Shown here in pieces: positions 19,709-28,801 of a stretch of DNA of 64,000 nt. The notes below the pieces were generated by a model, which was not told the origin of the DNA, did no database searches, and saw nothing but the letters and a program-made list of their open reading frames with translations. Source of the DNA: Clostridia bacterium (GTDB taxonomy: Bacteria; Bacillota; Clostridia; Christensenellales; Borkfalkiaceae); the NCBI GenBank assembly GCA_017456055.1, contig JAFTKC010000007.1:4412-68411 (forward strand), written 5' to 3'. Numbering within the stretch: position 1 is the stretch's first letter; every line of letters begins with the position of its first letter. The translations under genes and the position numbers were made by a program.

Positions 19709-21160
19709 CTAGATAACTTCCTTGCCCTCAAAGAAACTGTTAAAATATTTGTGAACTTCCCCTACTCTATTTTCAAATCTACTCACTAGGTCGTCTGGCG
19801 TGGCGTTTTTGAATTTATACTCTTCGTAATAATCTTTTAGCGAAGCGAAAAACTTTTCTTCACCAATCGTTATTCTCAAGTTGTCAAACATTATACAAGG
19901 TTTTATGTATGCCACGTTTACGTATTCGTATTCGCTAGTAAAATCTTTTAGACTCCTTAACATTGAAGTATCCACCTTCAAGAATAATTTATCGTACACC
20001 GAACAAAAAAGTTTATACGTTTTTTCACTTTGGTTTATTAGCATTTCTCTAGATAATGAATATTCAGGGTGATTTTCATAGAATAATATCACCGAATATT
20101 CGGTTAATCCCTCGTCTAAAAAGCCGTATTCAATCTCGTTGTTTCCCACTGCCGTTTGCCACCACTGATGCGCCGTTTCGTGCACGATTACTTCATTATA
20201 AGCACTCTCTTCTAAATCGTCGCTTATCATAACGAGCGCGGGAAATTCCATACCTCCTTGAATAAAATCAGTTTGCACCACAGAATACTTTTTATAAGGA
20301 TATTCGCCAAAGGTGTTTTGAAAATATTCCATGCTCTTTTTAGCCGTTTGCAAGGAGCGAGTGGCTAGCGAATCGTTATAGAAATAATAGTTTATTTCCA
20401 CGTCGCCGACCTTATCCGATAAAATCTCAAAATCTTTAGACAATACCATACAAAATGACCTTGCGTTATCTATTTTATAAGTACTAACTTGAATAGAATC
20501 TTCCACCTTGCTCGACTTGATTTCTCCACTACTTGCAACTATATATTCTTCACTACAAGAAAGGGTGACTAAATAGTCGGCACAATCGCTAAAATATGGG
20601 TCGCCGCTCGCGTAATAAACACACTCGTAAAAAGCGCCGTCATTTATTCCACATAAAATAGGATAAAAATTTGCTAAATTTATGGTATTTTCGCCTATTC
20701 CCGTTCTTGCAATAACGTTTGCTAGGGTTATAGTGTACTCTATAAAAATGGTCACGCTCTCTTCTGGAAATATCTCTTTATTTAAATTAACTTCTAATAC
20801 GTTTTGGTCTTCTCCCACGACGTTAAACTCTAACTCTTCCTTCTGATCGTATGCTTTTAAGATTTGCATATCCCCATAACTCTCGCCCGAATAATACGCT
20901 CTATTATAATACTGATCGGCGATTGGCTTATATTTTGCTTCTTCTCTAAACGCGTTTGCAAAAAGATTGAATTTTAAACTTGTAAACGAATTTTCCGTGT
21001 TATTATAAAAGGTGACTTTTTCCTTTCCTTCTATAAGGTTGTCTACTAGTTTACACTCTATTTCATAACTACTTCTCGCCGTTTTTTGCCCACAAGAGAT
21101 AAAGGTTATCGAGCAAATTGCTAGTAAAAAGGTAAGGCTTAAGGCTAAAATTTTTTTCAT
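19709..21160 (-). CDS. M1-family zinc metallopeptidase, lipoprotein
   Basis: HETAH followed exactly 18 residues later by E (LDEGLTEY), which is the HEXXH-X18-E gluzincin signature. N-terminal signal peptide with Cys (FISCGQ). Confidence 0.75.
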   Translation of the reverse strand: MKKILALSLTFLLAICSITFISCGQKTARSSYEIECKLVDNLIEGKEKVTFYNNTENSFTSLKFNLFANAFREEAKYKPIADQYYNRAYYSGESYGDMQILKAYDQKEELEFNVVGEDQNVLEVNLNKEIFPEESVTIFIEYTITLANVIARTGIGENTINLANFYPILCGINDGAFYECVYYASGDPYFSDCADYLVTLSCSEEYIVASSGEIKSSKVEDSIQVSTYKIDNARSFCMVLSKDFEILSDKVGDVEINYYFYNDSLATRSLQTAKKSMEYFQNTFGEYPYKKYSVVQTDFIQGGMEFPALVMISDDLEESAYNEVIVHETAHQWWQTAVGNNEIEYGFLDEGLTEYSVILFYENHPEYSLSREMLINQSEKTYKLFCSVYDKLFLKVDTSMLRSLKDFTSEYEYVNVAYIKPCIMFDNLRITIGEEKFFASLKDYYEEYKFKNATPDDLVSRFENRVGEVHKYFNSFFEGKEVI

Positions 21161-21223
21161 AAAAAACCTCGAACAAAATACTTTTTTTAAGATATTTTAT
21201 TCAAGGTTTAATTTTTTTATTAC

Positions 21224-21880
21224 TTACTTTTCTTCTAAGGTTAAATATTTTGTAGGGTTAATCAATACGCCGTTTTCTTCCACTTCAAAGTGAAGGTGCG
21301 CGCCCTCTTTATACTCTTGTCTATTGGTTATAGAAACTGCGCCAATCACTTGTCCTTTACTAACTTTTTGACCTACTACTAAATCGTCGCCGTCGGCTAG
21401 AGAATTATAGATAGTTTTAAGTCCGTTGCCGTGATTTATAACGACGGTCACACCCGTTAACAAGCCGTTTTCCACACTCTCGATAGTGCCGTCGTACACA
21501 GCGTATACAGAACTTCCTTCCTCAGCATAAAAATCCATCGCCTTATGACTTGAAAATCTATTTAAGGTTGAGTTAAACACCATAGTATCGCTAAATTCAC
21601 TATACTCGGTTGTGTTTACCGGCATAATAAATTCGATTACCGTCACTACGGGAACGTCTGGCGTTTCACCTGGGAGTTCTACGTCGGTGTCTCCACCTGG
21701 GTTAGTGGTATCGTCCGGCTTAACGTTATCTATCGTTTGGTCGTTAGAAAGAGTGTTGTCGTCACCGTTTAATATAAGCAAGGTGGTTGACAAGCCTATT
21801 GCTAGAATACAAAACGCTAAAACGATATATACTGCGTTTCTTCTTAAAAATGTAATTACTTTTCCGTTTGAATTTCTCAT
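21224..21880 (-). CDS. M23-family peptidoglycan metalloendopeptidase with an N-terminal TM anchor
   Basis: HKAMDF ... YNSL ... GAHLHFEV motifs of LytM/M23, plus one N-terminal hydrophobic helix. Confidence 0.8.
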   Translation of the reverse strand: MRNSNGKVITFLRRNAVYIVLAFCILAIGLSTTLLILNGDDNTLSNDQTIDNVKPDDTTNPGGDTDVELPGETPDVPVVTVIEFIMPVNTTEYSEFSDTMVFNSTLNRFSSHKAMDFYAEEGSSVYAVYDGTIESVENGLLTGVTVVINHGNGLKTIYNSLADGDDLVVGQKVSKGQVIGAVSITNRQEYKEGAHLHFEVEENGVLINPTKYLTLEEK

Positions 21881-21941
21881 AATTTTTTACCTCCAAATTT
21901 CTCTTTGATTATTGCCCGAAAAAATTTATTTATTCATGTTT

Positions 21942-22364
21942 TTAAAAACTTCCGTAAATTAGTGGAGCACCCACCTTGATTTTCTCTTCGCCTACGAACA
22001 CGTGCAAGTTTACCTTTTGCCCTTTTAATTTAGTTAAGTACGGGATTTTACTTGAGTAAGCGTAATAACTAACTCCACAATCTATTTCTTCCACCATAAC
22101 TAATTTAGCACTAAAATCAATAAGCAACTTCTCTATATCCGTAGTCTTTTCTAGTTCCACACTTTCTCCCGTTTTTCCCACCGTAAAATACATTTGTTTT
22201 TTACTTAAAAATACGATTTCCGCTTGAGAAGAACTAGAGTTTTTATACGCTTCAAATTTTCCGTCTAGTTTTTTTAAACAAAAACTTGCGCTCGATAAGT
22301 AAAGCATAAAAATTAAATTAATTAATAGCGTGAGTGAAATAATTTTTACTGCTAATTTTTTCAA
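21942..22364 (-). CDS. hypothetical secreted or membrane-anchored protein (TTG start)
   Basis: N-terminal hydrophobic segment MKKLAVKIISLTLLINLIFMLYL. The start lies in the T-run of the upstream terminator, with GGGGAG in the hairpin arm as the only SD. Confidence 0.45.
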   Translation of the reverse strand: MKKLAVKIISLTLLINLIFMLYLSSASFCLKKLDGKFEAYKNSSSSQAEIVFLSKKQMYFTVGKTGESVELEKTTDIEKLLIDFSAKLVMVEEIDCGVSYYAYSSKIPYLTKLKGQKVNLHVFVGEEKIKVGAPLIYGSF

Positions 22365-22399
22365 AAAAAATACTCCCCTTGTTTTTCAAGGGAAGTATT
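22363..22399 (-). terminator. rho-independent terminator after the 22428..23618 gene
   Basis: The RNA reads TACTTCCCTTGAAAAACAAGGGGAGTA followed by T8. Confidence 0.7.
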
Positions 22400-22427
22400 G
22401 ACCGTTTTTACTTAGTTTATTCAGTTT

Positions 22428-23618
22428 TTATAGAATTTCAGTAATTCCACACTCTCTAGATAAAGTTATTCCGTTAAAGGTTTCAAAGAAATCTCCACTC
22501 ATCTTAATTACCTTGTCGTTGTATTCTTTAAGTTTTCCACCAAGCGCAATATAGGTTTTTTCAACCTTGCTAAATACTTTGTTATAGCCGAAAATCTCTC
22601 TTTTTAGACTATCTTTAATAATGCGTATAACTTCTTTTCTCTTTTCAAAAAGTCTACTTTGCTCTATAATCCAACCACTTATTTGCCACTCTTTTGCACA
22701 CTCGTATTCTAAAACTCTATCCACTCTTTCTAGGTAGTCTGGAATATCCACTCCGTCAAACTTAGAAGAAAAGCATAGAGTATAAAGTTGAATAATTCTC
22801 TGTGCTGTAGAAATGGCAATGCTATCGTCGCCAACTATACTAACCACTCTATCTACAGAAGAATTTGATAAGAGTTTGCCTTTTGAAATTATATTGGCAA
22901 GGCGAATTAGCACGCCGTTTTTAAGTATTATTTCAAGATATTCTTCTCTCGTATGCGAAAAAATCGAATATGTTTCTTCTACGGCGTTTTTAACAAGTTC
23001 ATAAGCGCTTTTATTTGTGGGGAGATTAACTATAAGCCCGTAAATTCTATAATCAATTAGAGCAATGAGTTTACTCATAATAAACGCGTATTCAATAGAA
23101 AGGTTGTCTTGATCTAAAAAGATTTTTTCCAGGTCGAAAATAACGTGTCTATCTGCGTCGAATATAAAATTCTCTCTCTTGCCGTTTACTTCTTCTACCA
23201 CACTATAATCTAATATAGAAGAATAATCAAAACTATCTACGATACTTACCGAAAAGAGATTTTTTTCGGTGGCAATTTTATTTGCCAAATTAGAGTAGTC
23301 TTTGCCAATAGTGATTATCGCCCTAGCGTCTTCGGGAAGAGAAGAAACAAATTTATTATATTCAGGCGCAGAATCTTCTATAAAAGGAATTATTTTAATG
23401 TTTTCATTTTTTAGGTTTTCAATTAAAATTGCGCCCAAATTAACAAACTTATTTTGAGTGCAGAAAAGCACGGCTTTCCCAAACGGAATAAGCCTTGTTA
23501 ACACCTCTTTAACCTTTGCTGAATAATTTCCAACATAAAAGTTAATATTACCTATTGAGGAAAAATTCTTGGCAGATATAGTATTCAATTTATGAGTAAA
23601 ATTATTAACGTTATCCAT
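22428..23618 (-). CDS. hypothetical protein (396 aa)
   Basis: Long ORF. There is a weak resemblance in layout to dehydroquinate-synthase/glycerol-dehydrogenase-like folds, but no metal-binding motif was recognised. Confidence 0.5.
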   Translation of the reverse strand: MDNVNNFTHKLNTISAKNFSSIGNINFYVGNYSAKVKEVLTRLIPFGKAVLFCTQNKFVNLGAILIENLKNENIKIIPFIEDSAPEYNKFVSSLPEDARAIITIGKDYSNLANKIATEKNLFSVSIVDSFDYSSILDYSVVEEVNGKRENFIFDADRHVIFDLEKIFLDQDNLSIEYAFIMSKLIALIDYRIYGLIVNLPTNKSAYELVKNAVEETYSIFSHTREEYLEIILKNGVLIRLANIISKGKLLSNSSVDRVVSIVGDDSIAISTAQRIIQLYTLCFSSKFDGVDIPDYLERVDRVLEYECAKEWQISGWIIEQSRLFEKRKEVIRIIKDSLKREIFGYNKVFSKVEKTYIALGGKLKEYNDKVIKMSGDFFETFNGITLSRECGITEIL

Positions 23619-23668
23619 ATTCTATATAAATAGTAAATCAAAATTTAAAAAAAGTCAACTTATTGAAC

Positions 23669-23716
23669 TTTTTTAGCGTTTTTTAGGCATTTTTTAGCCT
23701 TTTTATGCCTTTTTTT
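23669..23716. repeat. five helically phased T5-T7 tracts (starts 23669, 23679, 23690, 23700, 23710) between divergent promoters
   Basis: The spacing of 10-11 bp was counted directly from the sequence. Confidence 0.8.
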
Positions 23717-23738
23717 GACAAAAATTTTTAAAAAGGTA

Positions 23739-23766
23739 TTGAAAAATTTTTTTATTATGTTATAAT
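23739..23766 (+). promoter_or_regulatory. hup promoter (TTGAAA, 16 nt spacer, TGtTATAAT)
   Basis: Read directly from the sequence. Confidence 0.6.
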
Positions 23767-23798
23767 AAGAGTATAAAACTATGGAGGTTTTGAGGAAA

Positions 23799-24068
23799 AT
23801 GAATAAGAAAGATTTAGTAAGAGCAATTGCAAATAAGTGCGGACTTACGTTGAAAGACGCTAGTTGTGCTGTAGACGGATTTATCGGCGCTATCACCGAT
23901 AGCCTAAAAGCTGGTGAAGCAGTTCAAATTTCAGGCTTTGGTACTTTTGAAGTTAAATCTAAACCAGCTAGAGAGGGTATCAACCCTAAGACTGGCGAAA
24001 AGATTAAAATCGCTGCTTCTAAAGCACCTGCTTTCAAATTTGGTAAAGCATATAAAGATTTGTTCTAA
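23799..24068 (+). CDS. hup: DNA-binding protein HU
   Basis: MNKKDLVRAIANK...GFGTFEVKSKPAREGINPKTGEKIKI is canonical HU. The ATG at 23799 gives the standard 89 aa. Confidence 0.93.
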   Translation: MNKKDLVRAIANKCGLTLKDASCAVDGFIGAITDSLKAGEAVQISGFGTFEVKSKPAREGINPKTGEKIKIAASKAPAFKFGKAYKDLF

Positions 24069-24080
24069 TTAAAAGGTTAA

Positions 24081-24110
24081 AAGCCTTGCCAATCGGCAAG
24101 GCTTTTTTTC
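24081..24110 (+). terminator. hup terminator
   Basis: AAGCCTTGCC/GGCAAGGCTT stem followed by T7. Confidence 0.8.
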
Positions 24111-24131
24111 TATCTTTTTTGATTTTAGAAC

Positions 24132-24165
24132 TAAAAAAAGCACGAAATTAATTCGTGCTTTTTAT
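24132..24165 (-). terminator. tuf terminator
   Basis: AGCACGAA/TTCGTGCT stem with a T-run on the reverse strand. Confidence 0.8.
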
Positions 24166-24180
24166 TTAGGCATTTGTTAA

Positions 24181-25401
<1,221 letters not shown>

Positions 25402-25464
25402 TTTGTTTCCTCCAAAAAATTCAAATTGATATAATTTTTTTATTTTTTATTAAATATTAAGTTT

Positions 25465-25493
25465 ATTTTACAATAAAAAAGTATAATTGTCAA
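25465..25493 (-). promoter_or_regulatory. internal promoter for tuf (TTGACA, 17 nt spacer, TGtAAAAT)
   Basis: Read directly from the fusA-tuf spacer. Confidence 0.6.
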
Positions 25494-25501
25494 GAATAAA
25501 T

Positions 25502-27574
25502 TTATGCTTTTTTACCGATTATCTTTTCTGCTACTGATTTTGGCACTTCAGCATAGTGACTGAACTGCATTGTGTAGTTTCCTCTACCTTGAGTTCTACT
25601 TCTTAAATCAGTTGCATAGCCGAACATTTCTGAAAGTGGAATATGCGCGTCGATAACTTTTACGCCGTTTCTATCTTCAGTTCCTTGAATAATACCACGA
25701 CGAGCGGTCACGTTGCCCATTAAGTCACCAAAGTATGCGTCTGGGGTGACGATTTCTACCTTCATGATAGGTTCTAGAAGTACGCTCTTAGCCTTTTGTA
25801 AACCGTCTTTAAGAGCCATTGAGCCTGCAATCTTAAACGCCATTTCCGAAGAGTCAACGTCGTGATAACTTCCGTCGTAAACGGTGACTTTGAAGTCAAC
25901 TACTTCGTATCCTGCTAGAATACCGTTTCTTGCGGCTTCCATAATACCTTTGTTAACCGGTTGAATAAATTCTTTTGGAATTGAACCGCCAACAGTTTCG
26001 TCAACGAATTCGTATCCCTTACCAGGTTCTTGTGGCTCTAAGCGAATCTTACAATGTCCGTATTGTCCGTGACCACCAGTTTGACGCTTGAATAAACCTT
26101 CAGCCTCAACTGCTTGACGGATAGTTTCCTTGTAAGAAACTTGTGGATTACCAACGTTTGCTTCTACTCTAAATTCACGGAGTAATCTATCTACGATAAT
26201 TTCTAGGTGAAGTTCGCCCATACCTGCGATAATGGTTTGTGCAGTATCTGGATCGGTATAAGTCTTAAACGATGGGTCTTCTTCAGCAAGTTTTGCAAGA
26301 GCAAAGCCCATTTTTTCTTGACCTTGTTTGGTCTTAGGCTCGATTGCAACTTGAATAACTGGGTCTGGGAATTCCATTTTTTCAAGAATAATAGGATGCG
26401 CTTCGTCGCAAAGGGTGTCACCGGTAGTAGTGTCTTTTAGACCTACGATTGCACAGATTTCACCTGCTTGAACTTCTTCTACTTCTTCTCTATGGTTTGC
26501 GTGCATACGAAGTATACGCGCGATTCTTTCCTTTCTACCCTTAATACTATTGTAAATATAAGAGCCGGTTTTTAACGTACCAGAGTACGCACGGAAGAAT
26601 GCTAGTTTACCAACGAACGGGTCGGTCATAATCTTGAATGCAAGACCACAGAACGGTTCGTTAACGTCTGGTTCTCTCTTTTCTTCAGCATCGGTATCTG
26701 GATTAGAACCGATAGTAGTTCCTACGTCAATTGGGCTTGGTAAGTAATCAACGATAGCGTCGAGAACGTTTTGAACACCCTTGTTTCTATATGAAGAACC
26801 ACAAAGTACAGGGGTCACCTTCATATCAAGAGTTGCTCTTCTTAAGCCCTTTTTAATTTCTTCTATAGAAAGGTCGCCCTCTTCGAAGAATTTTTCCATC
26901 AAAGCGTCGTCCGTTTCAGCAGCGATTTCAACGATTTGCGCTCTGTATTCTTCTACGAGATCCTTCATATCGTCTGGAACGTCGGTCACTTCGATTTCTT
27001 TACCTAAGTCGTCTAGATAAATATCTGCTTTTCTAGTGATAATATCAACTACGCCCTTGAAAGTATCTTCTTTTCCGATAGGAAGAGTGATTGGAACTGC
27101 GTTGGTGTGAAGTCTTTCGTGCATCATCTCAATTGCATTAAAGAAATCAGCGCCGTTGATATCCATTTTGTTTACGTATGCAATACGTGGAACTTTATAC
27201 TTATCTGCTTGACGCCATACGGTTTCACTTTGAGGTTCAACACCACCCTTAGCACAGAAGGTTGCAACAGCACCGTCTAGTACGCGGAGCGATCTTTCTA
27301 CTTCTACGGTGAAGTCAACGTGTCCCGGCGTATCGATAATATTTATACGATGGTCTTTCCAATAACAGGTAGTAGCCGCACTGGTGATGGTAATACCACG
27401 TTCTTGTTCTTGAGCCATCCAGTCCATAGTAGCGCCACCGTCGTGGGTTTCGCCCATTTTATGAACCTTACCGGTATAGAAAAGAATTCTTTCGGTCGTG
27501 GTAGTTTTACCAGCGTCAATGTGAGCCATAATACCTATGTTTCTGGTTGATGTTAAATCATTAATTTTAGGCAT
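25502..27574 (-). CDS. fusA: elongation factor G
   Basis: Canonical EF-G sequence ([17 protein letters not shown]). Confidence 0.98.
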   Translation of the reverse strand: MPKINDLTSTRNIGIMAHIDAGKTTTTERILFYTGKVHKMGETHDGGATMDWMAQEQERGITITSAATTCYWKDHRINIIDTPGHVDFTVEVERSLRVLDGAVATFCAKGGVEPQSETVWRQADKYKVPRIAYVNKMDINGADFFNAIEMMHERLHTNAVPITLPIGKEDTFKGVVDIITRKADIYLDDLGKEIEVTDVPDDMKDLVEEYRAQIVEIAAETDDALMEKFFEEGDLSIEEIKKGLRRATLDMKVTPVLCGSSYRNKGVQNVLDAIVDYLPSPIDVGTTIGSNPDTDAEEKREPDVNEPFCGLAFKIMTDPFVGKLAFFRAYSGTLKTGSYIYNSIKGRKERIARILRMHANHREEVEEVQAGEICAIVGLKDTTTGDTLCDEAHPIILEKMEFPDPVIQVAIEPKTKQGQEKMGFALAKLAEEDPSFKTYTDPDTAQTIIAGMGELHLEIIVDRLLREFRVEANVGNPQVSYKETIRQAVEAEGLFKRQTGGHGQYGHCKIRLEPQEPGKGYEFVDETVGGSIPKEFIQPVNKGIMEAARNGILAGYEVVDFKVTVYDGSYHDVDSSEMAFKIAGSMALKDGLQKAKSVLLEPIMKVEIVTPDAYFGDLMGNVTARRGIIQGTEDRNGVKVIDAHIPLSEMFGYATDLRSRTQGRGNYTMQFSHYAEVPKSVAEKIIGKKA

Positions 27575-27588
27575 AAACTCTCTCCAAA

Positions 27589-28059
27589 TTAAAATCTATA
27601 ATGTGCGAAAGCCTTGTTTGCTTCAGCCATTCTATGTGTATCTTCTTTCTTCTTAACTGCACTACCCGTGTTATTGAAAGCGTCAACTAATTCACCTGCA
27701 AGTCTAGCGTTCATTTCTCTTTCGCCTCTCTTTCTTGCAGCGATTACTAACCAACGAATAGCAAGTGTTTGTCTACGTTCTGCACGGATTTCGATAGGAA
27801 CTTGATAGTTCGCACCTCCGACTCTTCTTGCTTTTACTTCAACCATAGGCATAATGTTGTTTAATGCTTGATTGAACATTTCCATTGGTTCTTGACCAAC
27901 CTTCTCCGCAGCCTGTGTGAAGGCTTCGTACACGATTGATTGTGCTATACCCTTTTTACCATCCAACATAACTTGGTTGATAAGTTTTGTCACAACCTTA
28001 CTACTATACACTGGATCTGGTAAAACGTCTCTCTTAGCGAGATTACCTCTTCTTGGCAT
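27589..28059 (-). CDS. rpsG: 30S ribosomal protein S7
   Basis: [19 protein letters not shown]... with AAGGAGGA upstream of the ATG at 28059. The track's 40-codon extension is rejected. Confidence 0.97.
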   Translation of the reverse strand: MPRRGNLAKRDVLPDPVYSSKVVTKLINQVMLDGKKGIAQSIVYEAFTQAAEKVGQEPMEMFNQALNNIMPMVEVKARRVGGANYQVPIEIRAERRQTLAIRWLVIAARKRGEREMNARLAGELVDAFNNTGSAVKKKEDTHRMAEANKAFAHYRF

Positions 28060-28259
28060 AATTAAATCCTCCTTTATAATTTTGTTGCGTTTTGCTAAAA
28101 CGCTATAAGGGATAACCCTTATCAGTACAGCTATCACTTGCCCTATTTTTAGGGTAGCGAATCTTCTGCCGTTTGGCATACTGCCTACCGAATCGGGCTA
28201 GTTTTCCGAATTTCCGATTTTTGGTAGGTGTACCGTTAAATAACTTTTGTTATTTAGAG

Positions 28260-28631
28260 TTATTTAGGTCTCTTTGCGCCGTATCTTGATCTTGCTTGTC
28301 TACGTTTTGCAACGCCTGCAGTATCAAGAGCGCCACGAATGATGTGGTATCTTACACCAGGTAAGTCTTTTACTCTTCCGCCACGGATCAATACTGAACT
28401 GTGTTCTTGAAGATTGTGTCCTTCACCAGGAATATAAACGATACCTTCTGACTTATTAGTCAATCTTACTCTGGCAATCTTACGAAGTGCTGAGTTAGGT
28501 TTTTTAGGGGTAGTAGTGGTCACTGAAAGGCAAACACCACGTCTTTGTGGACATTCTTCTAGAATTGGTGATTTACTCTTATAAGTAATCTTCTTTCTAC
28601 CTTGTCTAATTAACTGTTGAATTGTTGGCAT
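28260..28631 (-). CDS. rpsL: 30S ribosomal protein S12
   Basis: [14 protein letters not shown]... with AGGAGG upstream of the ATG at 28631. The track's 30-codon extension is rejected. Confidence 0.97.
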   Translation of the reverse strand: MPTIQQLIRQGRKKITYKSKSPILEECPQRRGVCLSVTTTTPKKPNSALRKIARVRLTNKSEGIVYIPGEGHNLQEHSSVLIRGGRVKDLPGVRYHIIRGALDTAGVAKRRQARSRYGAKRPK

Positions 28632-28730
28632 AGTACTCCTCCTTTTATTTTTTCGGTTATTCGAAAAACGGATTCGGAACCGTTTTTTTGACTTTTTTTG
28701 TATTGAGAATTTTATTCCCAACGAATTATT

Positions 28731-28759
28731 ATTTTATCATTTTTGGCGCAAATAGTCAA
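28731..28759 (-). promoter_or_regulatory. rpsL promoter (TTGACT, 17 nt spacer, TGaTAAAAT)
   Basis: Read directly from the rpoC-rpsL spacer. Confidence 0.55.
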
Positions 28760-28801
28760 ATAAAATACTGCCTATTTGGTATTTGCGCCCTTTTTTTATG
28801 A

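Noticed and set aside
23660-23896. A minus-strand 78-aa ORF overlapping the hup promoter and the start of hup.
   Set aside because: It is the Lys/Phe-rich translation of the A/T-tract array, and it overlaps the bona fide hup gene and promoter.
28060-28721. The track's N-terminally extended versions of S7 (196 aa) and S12 (153 aa). The same applies to L11, L7/L12, L33, HU, DegV, Ddl, ApgM and AddA.
   Set aside because: In each case an internal ATG with a strong GGAGG-type SD gives the canonical N-terminus and the standard protein length. The extensions are non-conserved-looking and overlap the SD.
28745-28789. A GGCGCAAATA...TATTTGCGCC hairpin between rpoC and rpsL, considered as an rpoC terminator.
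   Set aside because: On the transcribed (minus) strand it is followed by an A-run, not a U-run, and its loop contains the rpsL -35. At best it would stop antisense (plus-strand) transcription.
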